A stretch of 64,000 bases of DNA from Rhynchobatus australiae (Eukaryota): NCBI GenBank assembly GCA_034780895.1, contig JAUZTB010000001.1:97219984-97283983 (forward strand), in the 5' to 3' direction. A program made the position numbers and the translations under genes. Of the stretch, positions 52,351 to 64,000 are shown piece by piece (within the stretch, counting starts at the first letter, position 1; each line of letters starts with the position of its first letter). A model generated the notes under the pieces. It was not told where the DNA came from and searched no databases. It worked only from the letters and a program-made list of their open reading frames with translations.

Positions 52351-53599
52351 GTAAGGATTTACTTTTGTTGTACAGGTTAAAGTGGTAAAAGGGAGGGTCT
52401 GAACTTCCAGTTGGGAGCTGCATTTGCAGGAGAGAGGGTCACAGAGTGGGGGAAAAAAACATAACCTTAGCCTTATTTCCTTTCTGTGTTTCCCATTGAA
52501 CTTTACTTTTTATCCAAGTTCCACACAAGCATAAAATCCCACTGGAATTACAGAATCTCATCTTGTACATGATCACTGACAGTAATGTTGAAATATAAGA
52601 ATGAGTTTGTGGTTTTCTGATTTCACGTTGTCCAGTAAAGTAAAAATATACTTACCTGAATGTTACAAACATTTTTAGTCATTTGATGCTTTATAGGTTT
52701 AAGCATTATCTAATTTCTGTCAGAAACCACATCTTTTGTGGTTTAATAATAGTCCTACATTCATTAGGTCAGTTTGACAGGATGACTCTTGTCTTTAGAA
52801 CTATCACAAATAGAGACTAACTTACCATTCTTGGATATGTAATGACTATTTAACCATTATTGTTAAAATTAATCATTTAACAAGTTGACGACACCCCTTC
52901 AAAAACCAAATGTATCCCTAGTTTTAATTTTAACCATCTATTGTATTACCCTACCTGATTGAAAATAACTTGGTATGATTGTGTTGCCCATGGTATGTGC
53001 AGGGAAGATTATTTTGTTCCGTGAGAGTGACAAATGTGCAAATAGTGTTAGCCTTAACTGTGATATCTAAAAAAATAACTTAATTCTCATTTCATGAGCC
53101 AAAGTATTTGTTTTCCTTTAGTTTCAATGTGTAAATTTGATCTTGATTTTCCTGTGTAACTTTATTCGACCCTGTGAAAATTTAACAAAGCCACTGCTTT
53201 CCTCAGTTGTGAATTGAAGAATGAGGCATATGGAGGATTAATCGTTGCCTGATACATATGGCAGGGAAGTTGAATAATATTTAACAAAAGAACGACAAAA
53301 ATATGAATTGAAAAGTGCAGATATAAATAAGGGAATCTAACAAATAATATCAGAACAAATGATTTTGGAGTTTTCTTAAATTTCTTTATTGAATAGAATT
53401 GTATTCATAGTGTCATTTATGAATATAATAATAATAATTCAAGTTAAGTAGGAAGCTCTACCCTATAATCAGTATGTTCTTCATCTTTCACACTGAGAAG
53501 ACTGACCAAATCTTTCCCTTGTTCTGATTTCCCAATATCTTTCCCTTTCCAAATCTCTGTGCCTCTGATGTTTGTCCACTGATGATCCTTTGTTTTTAA

Positions 53600-53770
53600 A
53601 AAAAATCATCTTTGGTGTGTTGCTTGAGAAGATGAAGTGAGTCCCATTCCTGAACAACTGCAGTCCTTCCAGTGAAGGTGCTCCCAGCGCCCCAGGGGAG
53701 AGAGTTTCAGGATTTAGTCCCAGTGACAATGAAGAACCAATGATATATTTTCATGTCAGCATCCTGTTCC
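53600..53770 (-). mobile_element. LINE 3' fragment (family of 21625 / 39305)
   Basis: ttgagaagatgaagtgagtcccattcctgaacaactgcagtcc...agtttcaggatttagtcccagtgacaatgaag. Confidence 0.6.
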
Positions 53771-54035
53771 TTGATCTATGTCTTTCTCTCCATGTTTGCT
53801 TTGTCTCTGTATCTATGGATGCTTCATATCTGTGCTTTATGATCTGCTGAGGTTTAGGCTCAAAGCATTGGCAAAGGCATTGAGCAGGGAAGAAGATGGT
53901 GGTACAGTGGGAACATTAGGATTAATGACCCAGGTTGGGGCCCAAGTTTGGGGTCAAAGTGTAAATTTGTTTTTAAAGAGGAACAGAGAGATTCCAGGGT
54001 AACTGGCAAGGTCACAAAAACAGATGTGGATTGGT

Positions 54036-54180
54036 GACACAAGAGACTGCAGAAAATGGAATCTGGAGCAACAAACAGTCTACTGAAAGAACTCAGTGGG
54101 TCAAGCAGCATCTGTGAGAGGAAAGGAATTATCAACGTTTTGGGTCGAAACCCTGCATCAGGACTGTGTGGGTTGCGGTT
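54036..54180 (-). mobile_element. Penelope 3'-end insertion with 17-bp TSD and hammerhead remnant
   Basis: TSD aacagatgtggattggt (54019-54035) / aacagatgtgggttggt (54181-54197); minus strand cagtcCTGATGCa gggtttcgaccc AAAACGTT gat. Confidence 0.8.
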
Positions 54181-56953
54181 AACAGATGTGGGTTGGTAGT
54201 GGGATTCTGGCAGAAGGGGTGAGGTAGGGGATGAGAGAAATGACTAGTTCAGAGGAGGCAGGAATAAAAATGTAAAAATTGACCCCCAGAGTGTGGCCAG
54301 AAATATGTGGAACCAATAGCCTAAAAGAAGGTTAAATTTAAATCCATTGAGTTGTAACAGGAAAAGTCAACAGAAGGCCAAATGATACAATATAAATATC
54401 TATGTAATATAACAGGCTGAAACAGACAAACATTTTGGAATTTGCAGCAAGGAGTGTTTGCTGATCCTGACACCAATGCTTACATGCCTCAAATGTGGTG
54501 GGTCTCACTAGTCCTCTTCACTCTGGTGTGCAGCAGGGTAATTAGGTATTTTTAATTTTCTTTTAACAGTACCTCTAACATTCAAGGAGATTGGGGAAAA
54601 ACTAGTAAAATTGAAATAAATATTTTCTTAATAAATTGAAACAGGGTGTAGTTAACTAAAAGCATCTAAAATACACACAGTCAAAATCATACAAGTGAAA
54701 TCATTCCTTCCTAAAGTCAAGTTAACTTCCCCTCTGCCTCCTCATGTTTTCCCCCCGAAGATTCTTCTTTAAAATCACTGGATTCAATGACAGGGCTGAT
54801 ATGACAGGATCAGAGTGGCAATTTCACAGAGTAATGTTGTGAAATCACAGCAAGAATGGACGACACTGGTGGACTCTATAGAAAATCCAGCAGTGGAGCA
54901 AACCCAGTTAGTTCAGCCTTCTGAATCCATCAGTTAATCCCAGACTTACATTTGGCATTACATCTGCAGCCATCCAGGGCTCACTACAGCTTAAATAGTT
55001 GAATTCCAGCAGTTCCCAAAGATCCAGCCAGCTCATATTTTATGCGTCAGTGTTGTGGTGGATAATGTTGCCAGTCCTCCAGCATTGCCCATATATCTCT
55101 GGAAATTAATCATTATTCATCTGACCACAAGGAGCATTTTTTTATTCATTTCATGTTCTATAAACACTTGAATTATTGTGGAAGTTTGTCAAGTTGGGGC
55201 AGCTGAAGGGAAAAGTCATGGGATGAAACTCCAGTGTTCTGAGGAAAAGTACTAAGTGAGTGGTTTGGATGCTGGGGTATTGGTGGCATTTCCAATCATC
55301 ACTTTCAAAAGGGAGCTGGAAAGAATGGACTTGTAGGGTATGGGGAGAGGGTGGGGGTATGGGACCAGTTGGATTGCTCTTGCGCAAATCTGGTAGGTAT
55401 TCAACAGGCCAAGCGTGCAAGATGGGTGAAGTGATAATCGCCAGGGCACCTCGCCCCTCTGAAAGAACAGCAAAATCAAAATAGGGAGGGGAAAGCTGGG
55501 TCAATAAGAGGGCAATCTTACATTTGATATAAAGCTCGAGTGGAGCAGTCCTCATCAATGACAACTTTTTAAATCTGTAATGGAGTTCTCTGTTTAGACA
55601 AATTCTTGTGGAACAGCTGCATTCAGGGAGTAGAGGTTGGAGCTGTGTTGGGAGGTTTGCCTCAGTAAGAAATTGCAGGAAATTTTTCAATTGTCTAAAG
55701 GAACGATATATTATAATGTAGCATTTCCTATTGAAATCCATTTACCACAGTTTTGCTCAATGCTTAATCTATTAATGTCTTTGTAATTTATTGCTTCCAT
55801 CTACAGTCACTACACTGCCTATCTTATGCCATTGGTAGACTTGATACTGAGAGTGCAGGGCAACTTGCAGCTGATATGCATGGAATTAATAGTGTAAATC
55901 AGGGACTTGCTAGGAAGCCACTGTTTATCCAGAAGCTACAAGATATTTGCTTTAAACCAGACTGGATTCTGATAGTGTGCAGTGATGGCGTGCTGGGACC
56001 AAGATTCCCTTGGACTGAACCAAGTAGTGTACATCAGATAGGTGGCATGGACTGATCACATGACACACAGTTCTCCTTGCAGAACCAGTTTCACTTTATG
56101 CTGAGATACAGTGTTAAATCTAGGATTGGGATAAGTGGGTGGCAATCCAGGAGGACTGGTTGGCAACATTCTTTTGTGCTCCTGCTTCTTCTGATAATAA
56201 ACCTTGATTATGATTGGCTATCAGTGGTCTTTAGTTGGGCTGCTGAAGATCCAGAGGTACAAAAGGTCACAAACTCAGACTAGGGCCGGCAAATTTACCA
56301 TATCCAGTGACCACAGGAAAGGCACTTGAATATTGAAATAAGGTTTCTATTTTTTTCAAGAGGGCTCCAGGACAATCTAAGTAAAAGGCCACAACTGCAG
56401 GCTTGAACAACCATTTCAATCTGTCCTGCTAAATTGATTGTATGTGTGACCATTTGGGTCCATTAAGCAGGTACAACAGTGTTACATTTAGTGCTCTTTC
56501 AATGATCAATCAAGAACAACACAGGGTTGGATATGAAATTCCCAATATAATAGCTAATATAAAACTTGACTTTTAGCTACTAGTTCTACTAATAGAGCAG
56601 CTTGAATTAATTAGAGTGCTGGCTGTTACCTTGTAGTTTAATTATCACTCCATCTCTACCCTGCTGGATCATTTATCGTAGCTTTTTAAGACATATAATG
56701 AACCTACTGGAAGTCGAATCAGAAGTGTTCTGTTAATATCCTCGAGAAAATATTACTGCCATTGCTTGTACCTGTAATGATTTTAAATTAATCGGTTTAC
56801 TTATTTGAAATGCATTAAAATGGTTATATCNNNNNNNNNNNNNNNNNNNNNNNNNNNNNNNNNNNNNNNNNNNNNNNNNNNNNNNNNNNNNNNNNNNNNN
56901 NNNNNNNNNNNNNNNNNNNNNNNNNNNNNNAATTAACTTTCCTTTTTCAAAAG

Positions 56954-57083
56954 GTTCTTATACGAATTATCACAGATTCCTAACTTCACTGAACGTACAA
57001 ATTGTATTATATTCCATTCTGCTTTTATGGAAGGAATCTCCACAGTACGCCGCAAAGCAGAGAATGTTCTCCGCTTAAGCAAG
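56954..57083 (+). CDS. FMN1: Formin-1-like coding exon 5 of 7
   Basis: ttcctttttcaaaag|G...AAG|gtctga, 130 nt: (Q)FLYELSQIPNFTERTNCIIFHSAFMEGISTVRRKAENVLRLSK; phase matches (CA+G = Gln). Confidence 0.94.
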
Positions 57084-57564
57084 GTCTGATTCATTATATA
57101 TTGCAGTTATGGTAGAATCCAAAAATATCTCAACACCTGTCATAGTCTGCTGAGATGTATTTTATTTGATATTGGTGTTGGGAAGATGTTGACAATGGCA
57201 GATCTAGATTTATTTTCATCTGTATTTGCAATGGAACGAGCTCAGTTCATACCATCTCCTGTCCTGCAGACCTTATTCCAACTGTCATCTTTACAAATGA
57301 TCAATGAATGATTCATTTAATTGGTTTAATACCATCTTTATGAATATATTCTAGAAAATCCAGTTTTATATTTAAAATGAGTTGAATTTACTCCAAAGTA
57401 TATTAACAATCATAAAGTTTATCTCTACTCTCAAAGAGTTCCAGTTTGGTTCCTTGACTAACCAGGAATGAAAATTGCAATATTGTTGGTTAACTGCCTA
57501 ACAATCTGTTACCTGAATGTTTAAAAAGAGATTTACTCATTAACCAAGATATTTTTTTGTGCAG

Positions 57565-57711
57565 GGTTTAAAAGACCAAGAAAGTGTGAAGATTGTGCTT
57601 GGGCTCATCCTAGCCTTTGGAAATCACATGAATGGTGGGAATAGGACTCGTGGCCAAGCAGATGGATTTGGCTTAGAAATTCTTCCAAAGTTAAAGGATG
57701 TCAAAAGCAGA
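57565..57711 (+). CDS. FMN1: Formin-1-like coding exon 6 of 7 (FH2 post, GNxMN motif)
   Basis: tttttttgtgcag|GGT...AGA|gtatgt, 147 nt: [49 protein letters not shown], the FH2 signature. Confidence 0.97.
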
Positions 57712-60700
57712 GTATGTTATATCTAAATTCCATCTGTTATCAATGATGAATAATTGCCTGCTTACAAAGTCTGTAAGGAAGCATATGAGAACAGGTAGCT
57801 GGAAACATTGTAATATCCCTGCAAAGCATAATACAGTATTAGTTTCTTATGATATCATTGGTACTACTACAATGAGCTCAGGCAGGTCCAACGAGTAGAG
57901 TGGCACAACTTCTGCAACAGTTCGCTGCCTTTTGTCAAGTAGCATAATTGACTTTATCTGTAGTCTTGCTGTCTTGCTGCATGTAGTCAGAAATTAATCC
58001 CTGAAACAAAGTTCATATAATATTTAATAAACTCATTACCTTGTTTTCATACCTAGTGATATTAGCGAATGTTCTGATCATGCCTCTCTCTTAATGCAGC
58101 CTGTGAGTTGTCTATAGGATGTCTACAATCACTCCCCCCCCCCACTTAAGCTCACCTGCCAGATCTTGATTAGATAGTTTCAGTAAATAGCAAAATTAAA
58201 ATAATTCCTTATTTTGTAATGACATACCCTTACTCAAGTTTGAGCGATTACTGTAACCTTAATGTGATGACACAAGGAAATCCTCACAAATGTCCCAGGG
58301 ATCAATCTACTGATGACCCAATGATTGGCTTCTAGTGACTGAACAGAACATTCTTCCCATCTGTAGTATCTCCGTGGCTGGCAGAACATAATTTTAATGT
58401 AAAACCCTTCCTGCCATGAACAACCAAAGGTACAGCTTTCGCTTTGATCTAACACTCCCCTTGCCTCCTGAACTGAGCAAATGGGGCTTAGTTCTTTCCA
58501 CCTCCTATCTGCTATCTGTATCAGATGTTTGATACAAATTTTAGAATTTATGAAGTCACAAATCTGAATTACATTCCAGGTGGTCAAATAAATTTCAATA
58601 GTCACATCTGGGTTACCCTACTTCAATGGGGTTTCAAGAGGGAAGCTAGTTTGAATAGAATTACATTTGCACAGTGGAGTTGCATTTTAGATGGGAATAC
58701 AAAATTTAAAAACTTAATAACTCTTGCCGTCTAAATAAGTGAAATAAATAAGTACTTAAGCATTCTTTCTAAGGACCTTTAACTAACATAGTAGTTTTTG
58801 ACTTTCAGCATTTCTATGCCTTCCAGGGCAGAACTACAGGCTGGATATTTCAGCCCTATGGGTCAGTGAGAAAATAAACTGATGAACAATCAAATCACAC
58901 CCCTCTCTTTCTGTCTCTTGTTCTCTCTGTATTCTCACAACTTGCACATCCACAGGGCCCTGGTTCTCTCAGGATGTGTTCAGATATGTGGGCCATAAAC
59001 TGCCTCTTACTGTGGTGTCATCCAGCCCTGTAATGTAGATGCAGTTAGTCATTCTTCCTACAGGTTTTCCTATATGCCTTGTCCTTAATTTTTGATTTCT
59101 TCTAAAGTATGTCTCCAATGGAAATAATAAATGGGCCTTCTGCCTTTAAGACTTTCTTGGCAATGGTTGCAATTAAAGTAGCCATTTACCTCCAATATTG
59201 TTTAACTAGATGGATCCACATTTAATTCTGTTGTTAATCTTTGGGGACAGAAGTAAGGTCTGGGGAATATTTTCTCCATTGGCTACCTCACGATGCAATT
59301 TGGAGAATACATAGTTTTCACAAGAATGAACAAGTTCTCTCCCAAAATACTCTTGCACATCATTAACCCGACAATTGTTTCTGGACTATTGTAACAGAGA
59401 TTTGCAGAACTTTTGAACTGCACCATTTGAGACCTAAATCTGACTCTAATGGGAATTCGGTCTCTGTTTGTAATCTGTTACATAATAAAATGCTTGCAGA
59501 AGCAGGGTGCACATGAACTCTGTAGTGGGATAGAATCCCTCAAAGGTTGATACTGCCTCAACACTTTTTAGACACTGTGATCCTTGTTTAACTTGGCCTG
59601 TTACAATGCTTGTCATACAATTTTGTCACCTTGTCAAAGCACAGTGATTATAGCAAAAGATATGTACTAGTCCACCAGCATTTAGGTGCAATAGTATTAA
59701 AACATTGTTTTCAGTAGTAAAATTTGACATTGCTAATAAATGTCAAGACTTGCTGAATCAATATATTGAAATTTTAATGGCAAAGTAAAAGAATAAAAGT
59801 GGAAACTTCTTGAAATGGTATTTAAGTTAGGAAGAGATTTCAAAAGCTCTTTTACATTTTATATTAAATGATTTCGTGAACTAGGAAACAGCATATTCTT
59901 TGGCTGAGATGTTCATTTCAGCCTATAGTAACAGTATAAATTGAATATCAGATGCAATGTGATTGACTTAAAAACCTTGGAAATGACTTAAAAAGTAATT
60001 TATTGAATAAAATTATAGGACCAAGAGTATAAAGATGTTTCTGAAGTGCAAAACACAGAACTAATAAAAGTAAAGGTCAATGCAAGATGCTTTGGCAGAC
60101 CATTCCAATCTGACTGCAGTGGGATTTGAAAGAACCTTTTGAAATGATTTATAAGTCTTTTTATGACTTTTACAAAAGATTAAATTTAACAAGAATGCCA
60201 GAGATGTGTTTAAATGGTTTTGATCATATTTAAACTACTTTTAATATAAATAATTTTGTAAGTATGCAGTTTACTTATGTTGAGAAAGCTTGCCAGCACT
60301 AACAAAAGGCTGTTTTTTGAAAGGTTTTGTTCATTCCATACAGAGATATAAAAGACCAATGCCAAGTTATAATTAATTGCATTCATAGTTTTGTGAACTG
60401 ACATATGGTTCAAAACAAAAATGATAATATTGTAATTTGTTTGTCATAGTTGGCTAAAATGAAGAAATCCAATAGTTTGCTCAAATGCAAATCAGCTTTT
60501 ATAGAAGTTAAAGAAAGCAAAGATTTTTTTTTCTTCATTAATACTTTCATCAAATTTTAGTAAGACAAGCAAGTTATTGGTCAACTGTTCCAGGACTGCA
60601 AATGCTCAAACAGTTTGAGATTTTGTTTCATTTCATTGGTGAAGTTTAAAGGTTGTAAAATTCAGTCAAACAGACCAATTACACAGAGCCTCACTTGTGA

Positions 60701-62050
60701 TGGGTAAGATTTAAGACACAAGCCACATAGCTTCGTAAACGGGATTGTTGTGCACTTCAGTTGTGACTTGCAATTTATTGAGTCAGAGGAACCTTCAATG
60801 TGGAAACGTTTAAACCTGTTTTCTGAGTGATCTCTGCGCATATAATGGTAATCCTAAAATTTGGGCTGCTCAAATTCAGGGAAATTTCTGCTTCTTAATT
60901 GTCACAATTTTTTTCATATATTTTAATGTTTACAATTAGATTTTAGTGCACTATTTCTCAGTGTTTTTGTTCTTTCTGATGTGCAGACTGAATTTTCAGC
61001 TTTTTATTTGCCAATGCTTTCCTAATTATTCTCCATTTAAATTGCACCACTCTAAGCCATGAGGATAAACATTGCTCATTGGGGTCTAACCACACTGCAC
61101 GATTTAGAAGAGGAATAGGAATTCATGAGGAAAGGATGAATGTTTTGTCAATATTTCATATTGTTATTTCTGCTTTTAACCGAAGGTATTAAGCAATTTA
61201 TTTTAAACACGGTTGACCCTGAATGTTGATTAATGTTGTTCTGGATACTTGCCATAACTTTGGCAGATTTCTGTCTAGATAGCCAGAAGACCAGGGTGGG
61301 AGGTTGATAAGCTGCCATTTCACCCAAATATTCAGGATGCCCTTCAGAAGACAAAGTTCATTGTAAATCCAAAAAACTAAGACTGGGACCAGAGATGGGA
61401 TGGTGAAGTTTGGTACTTTAAAACATGTTATGTCACTAGCCCAGATACCTAGATTAAACTGTGCAAACTGACTACCCACTAGTCGTTGTGAAACCCACCC
61501 ATGAACCTGAAGTTAAGTCAAGACTTGGCTACCTGGAGATTCGGCAAGCATTTTAAATTTTTTCATGTGAGCCTCATTGCTGCAAGGAATTGGATGATCC
61601 TTCAGAACACACTGAGGGAGGAGGTGCAAAGTGCTCCTAGCCCAATGAAGCCATTTAAGTCATGGATTTCTGGCCCCAAGAACTTTAGGAAGATCCATGG
61701 CAGAGATCTGTAAACTGTCTTCATAGTTTTCGGAACTATTAATTCCTTTCCTGAATTTATAGAGAGGAATTTCAGATAAACATAGGCATTTCACATGATC
61801 TCAGTTTCTATGGTAGTTTATATTTTGTTAAATGGAAAAGTAGAGTAATTAAAATCTGAAGGAACTATTTATACCGGCGCCAGTTAAAAAGAAATATTGG
61901 GTTATTTCCTCTTTGGTGTTTCAAGCCTAGAATGAAATATATCTAGTAGTCATACAATAGACAACAGAAAGTTATAAGAGTGCACAGATGCTTTATTTTG
62001 TATTTAATATTCACAGTAATAGTTTACAGTATTTTCATTTACTGTTTTAG

Positions 62051-62110
62051 GATAATCAAATCAGTCTTGTGGATTTTGTTGCATCCTATTATTTGCACCA
62101 TTTTGACAAG
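62051..62110 (+). CDS. FMN1: Formin-1-like coding exon 7 of 7; gene continues beyond the window
   Basis: tgttttag|GAT...AAG|gtaatt, 60 nt: DNQISLVDFVASYYLHHFDK, continuing KSR|DN as in FMN-family formins. Confidence 0.93.
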
Positions 62111-63019
62111 GTAATTAATGGTCTTTTATTTGAATTTCTGTTACACAAACTTGCAAATCTAAGTTAAAGTAGTTATTCAAATTGGCTTCCATCGGAATTT
62201 AACTTATTTTCTACCATATTTTGTTTATATACTCTTGATAAAATTATCTATAATATTAACATCTATCAGAAAGGAATTTTCATAAATATCAGATTATCTC
62301 AAATGTAAATTTAAAAGGAGTTTAAACTGTTTTGATATAATTGTCATTATGAAATAGTTTTAATTTCTTTTGGGTTGATTTTTGTTTAAACATTCATGAC
62401 AAAGATCTTCCTCTCTTAGTGCATTTGCCTCCAGAATGTCTACATTCTTTTATGAACAAACTTAAAAGATATCTGTAGCAGAATTTTCTCAATCAGTTTT
62501 TTTAACAATTAACTTGGTTGCATATTTGGAGGGAACTAGAAGATAAGATGGTGGTAAAGCAGTACATTTGCAGGTGAATCAAATTTGAAAAATTATGACA
62601 ATTCAAAGAGAATAGATAAATCTGAGTCTTCAGACAATATCAAATACCATTTCGATCCATTGTCATCCTGTAGGTACAGAGGGTAAGAATAAAAAATGAA
62701 GGGAAGGGAAACCTAAATCCAGGCATGAATCTGAAAGCAATTAATTGGGTAGCACTTGTTCATTGGCTGTTGATATGAAGGGTGAGGAGCTTGAGATAGT
62801 TGCTTCATGTTACAGTCCCTGTGGGTCGACATTGCAGTGTGTCTATAAGGAAGTGCAGTTATGCTTCAGTTAATAGTCAAATGCCACTGTATTAACCAGC
62901 TCCATTATAGAAGATAATTGATTCTAGTTGACTTAATCATCATGAAGCAGTTGTGCAGGCATGTGGACCTAGCAGTGTGTCTATTTGAACAAAACAACTT
63001 TGATCACCCTTGAAAATCA

Positions 63020-63215
63020 AAAGAACTGCAGCTGCTAGAAATCTGAAATAAAAACAGGAAATGCTGGAAAAACTCAGCAGGTCAAGCAGCCTCTACGGAA
63101 AGAGAAACAGAGTTAACATTTCAGGTTGGAGATCCTTTGTCTGACAAATGGTCTCTCCCTCTCCTTCACAAATAATTACAGACCTGAGTGCCTCTAGCAT
63201 TGTCTGTTTTTATTT
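63020..63215. mobile_element. Palindromic Penelope-end insertion
   Basis: ctgcagctgctagaaatctgaaataaaaacaggaaatgctggaaaaactcagcaggtcaagcagc...gttaacatttcaggt, then a decayed inverted arm gacctgagtgcctctagcattgtctgtttttattt. Confidence 0.7.
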
Positions 63216-63694
63216 TGGTCACCCTGGCATGTTGGCTTCCATGAAAAGCTGCTGGAGAAATAACAAAAATTATGGTCAGTGCTTCTGGGGAAGGAGCTAA
63301 TGCAGCTAGTCAGGTATTCATGCCTTAAATCATCAACACTGCTCTTGATGATGCAAGAGTGAACAAATATTAGAATTGCCCAAGTGCCCACATCCACATG
63401 TTCTAACACAACTGCCTCATCATGAGCATGGAGAATTGACTTTTCAGTGTATTAATCGACAGATAAATAGAGTTATTTTCATCCCTGAGGATCTGAGTGT
63501 GCATTACTGTTGGCGCCTAGACTATAAAGAAGGGGATTGCTCAGTAAGAAACTGAATCATTCCACTTGTGATGCTAGAGGAAAATAAATCACATCAGTTA
63601 CCACAACAAATTATTAGAATATAAGTGCCAACAGGAGAAAATAAAATAAAGGAAAACTGTTTAATAAATGTCTGAATCCTAATTAAATAACCCT

Positions 63695-63975
63695 ATAATA
63701 AAACACAGAAAACACTGGAAAAACTCAGCAGGTNNNNNNNNNNNNNNNNNNNNNNNNNNNNNNNNNNNNNNNNNNNNNNNNNNNNNNNNNNNNNNNNNNN
63801 NNNNNNNNNNNNNNNNNNNNNNNNNNNNNNNNNGGCAGCATCTGTGGAAAGAGAAACGGTTAACATTTCAGGTTTAGGACCCTTTATCAGAACTGAGAAG
63901 GGGAGAGAGAGAGGGAGAAGCAAGCTAGCCTAGGTAGCAGAGAAGTAGAGGAGAGCGATGGGTGGAACAAAGGAA
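63695..63975 (-). mobile_element. Penelope pLTR fragment with hammerhead remnant, split by a 100-N gap
   Basis: aaactcagcaggt[N100]ggcagcatctgtggaaagagaaac; minus strand cagttCTGATAAagggtcctaaacctGAAATGTTaaccg at 63857-63895. Confidence 0.7.
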
Positions 63976-64000
63976 ATTTTAAATTTTAAATTAAATTTTA

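Noticed and set aside
55151-55741. 196-aa minus-strand ORF as a nested gene
   Set aside because: No recognisable domain, and it overlaps a reversed CR1-like 3' tail segment (about 55290-55420).
627-63923. Most ORFs in the six-frame track as host genes
   Set aside because: They are short, many start at TTG/GTG or run through N or microsatellite, and have no recognisable domain. The recognisable ones are broken retroelement pieces. The real exons are too short to be listed.
1-64000. Prokaryotic or viral systems (CRISPR, operons, endogenous virus genes)
   Set aside because: No repeat-spacer array, gene-dense region or gag/pol/env or capsid ORF; the window is spliceosomal intron/exon sequence.

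Overview
Vertebrate nuclear DNA, most likely from a cartilaginous fish (probably a ray or other batoid), judged from the repeat landscape. The whole 64 kb lies inside one + strand gene, a Cappuccino-type formin that best fits FMN1. Seven consecutive GT-AG coding exons (151, 88, 62, 89, 130, 147 and 60 nt) splice in frame into 242 codons of the FH2 domain; none appears as such in the ORF track. Everything else is intron, filled with decayed CR1 LINEs, two Rex1/Babar LINEs, tRNA-derived SINEs, an LTR family, a Penelope-like (RT + GIY-YIG) remnant and about a dozen short, often palindromic Penelope-end insertions. The most interesting signal is that these short insertions carry remnants of a minimal hammerhead ribozyme (CTGATGA...GAAAC), some with long target-site duplications, and the best-kept cores are antisense to the host gene. 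Also notable are a GNHMN variant of the FH2 GNYMN motif, a CpG-retaining promoter/enhancer-like patch, a spaced 192-bp doublet and several nested insertions. Repeat boundaries were read by eye and are approximate, no searches were run, and many N gaps hide sequence.
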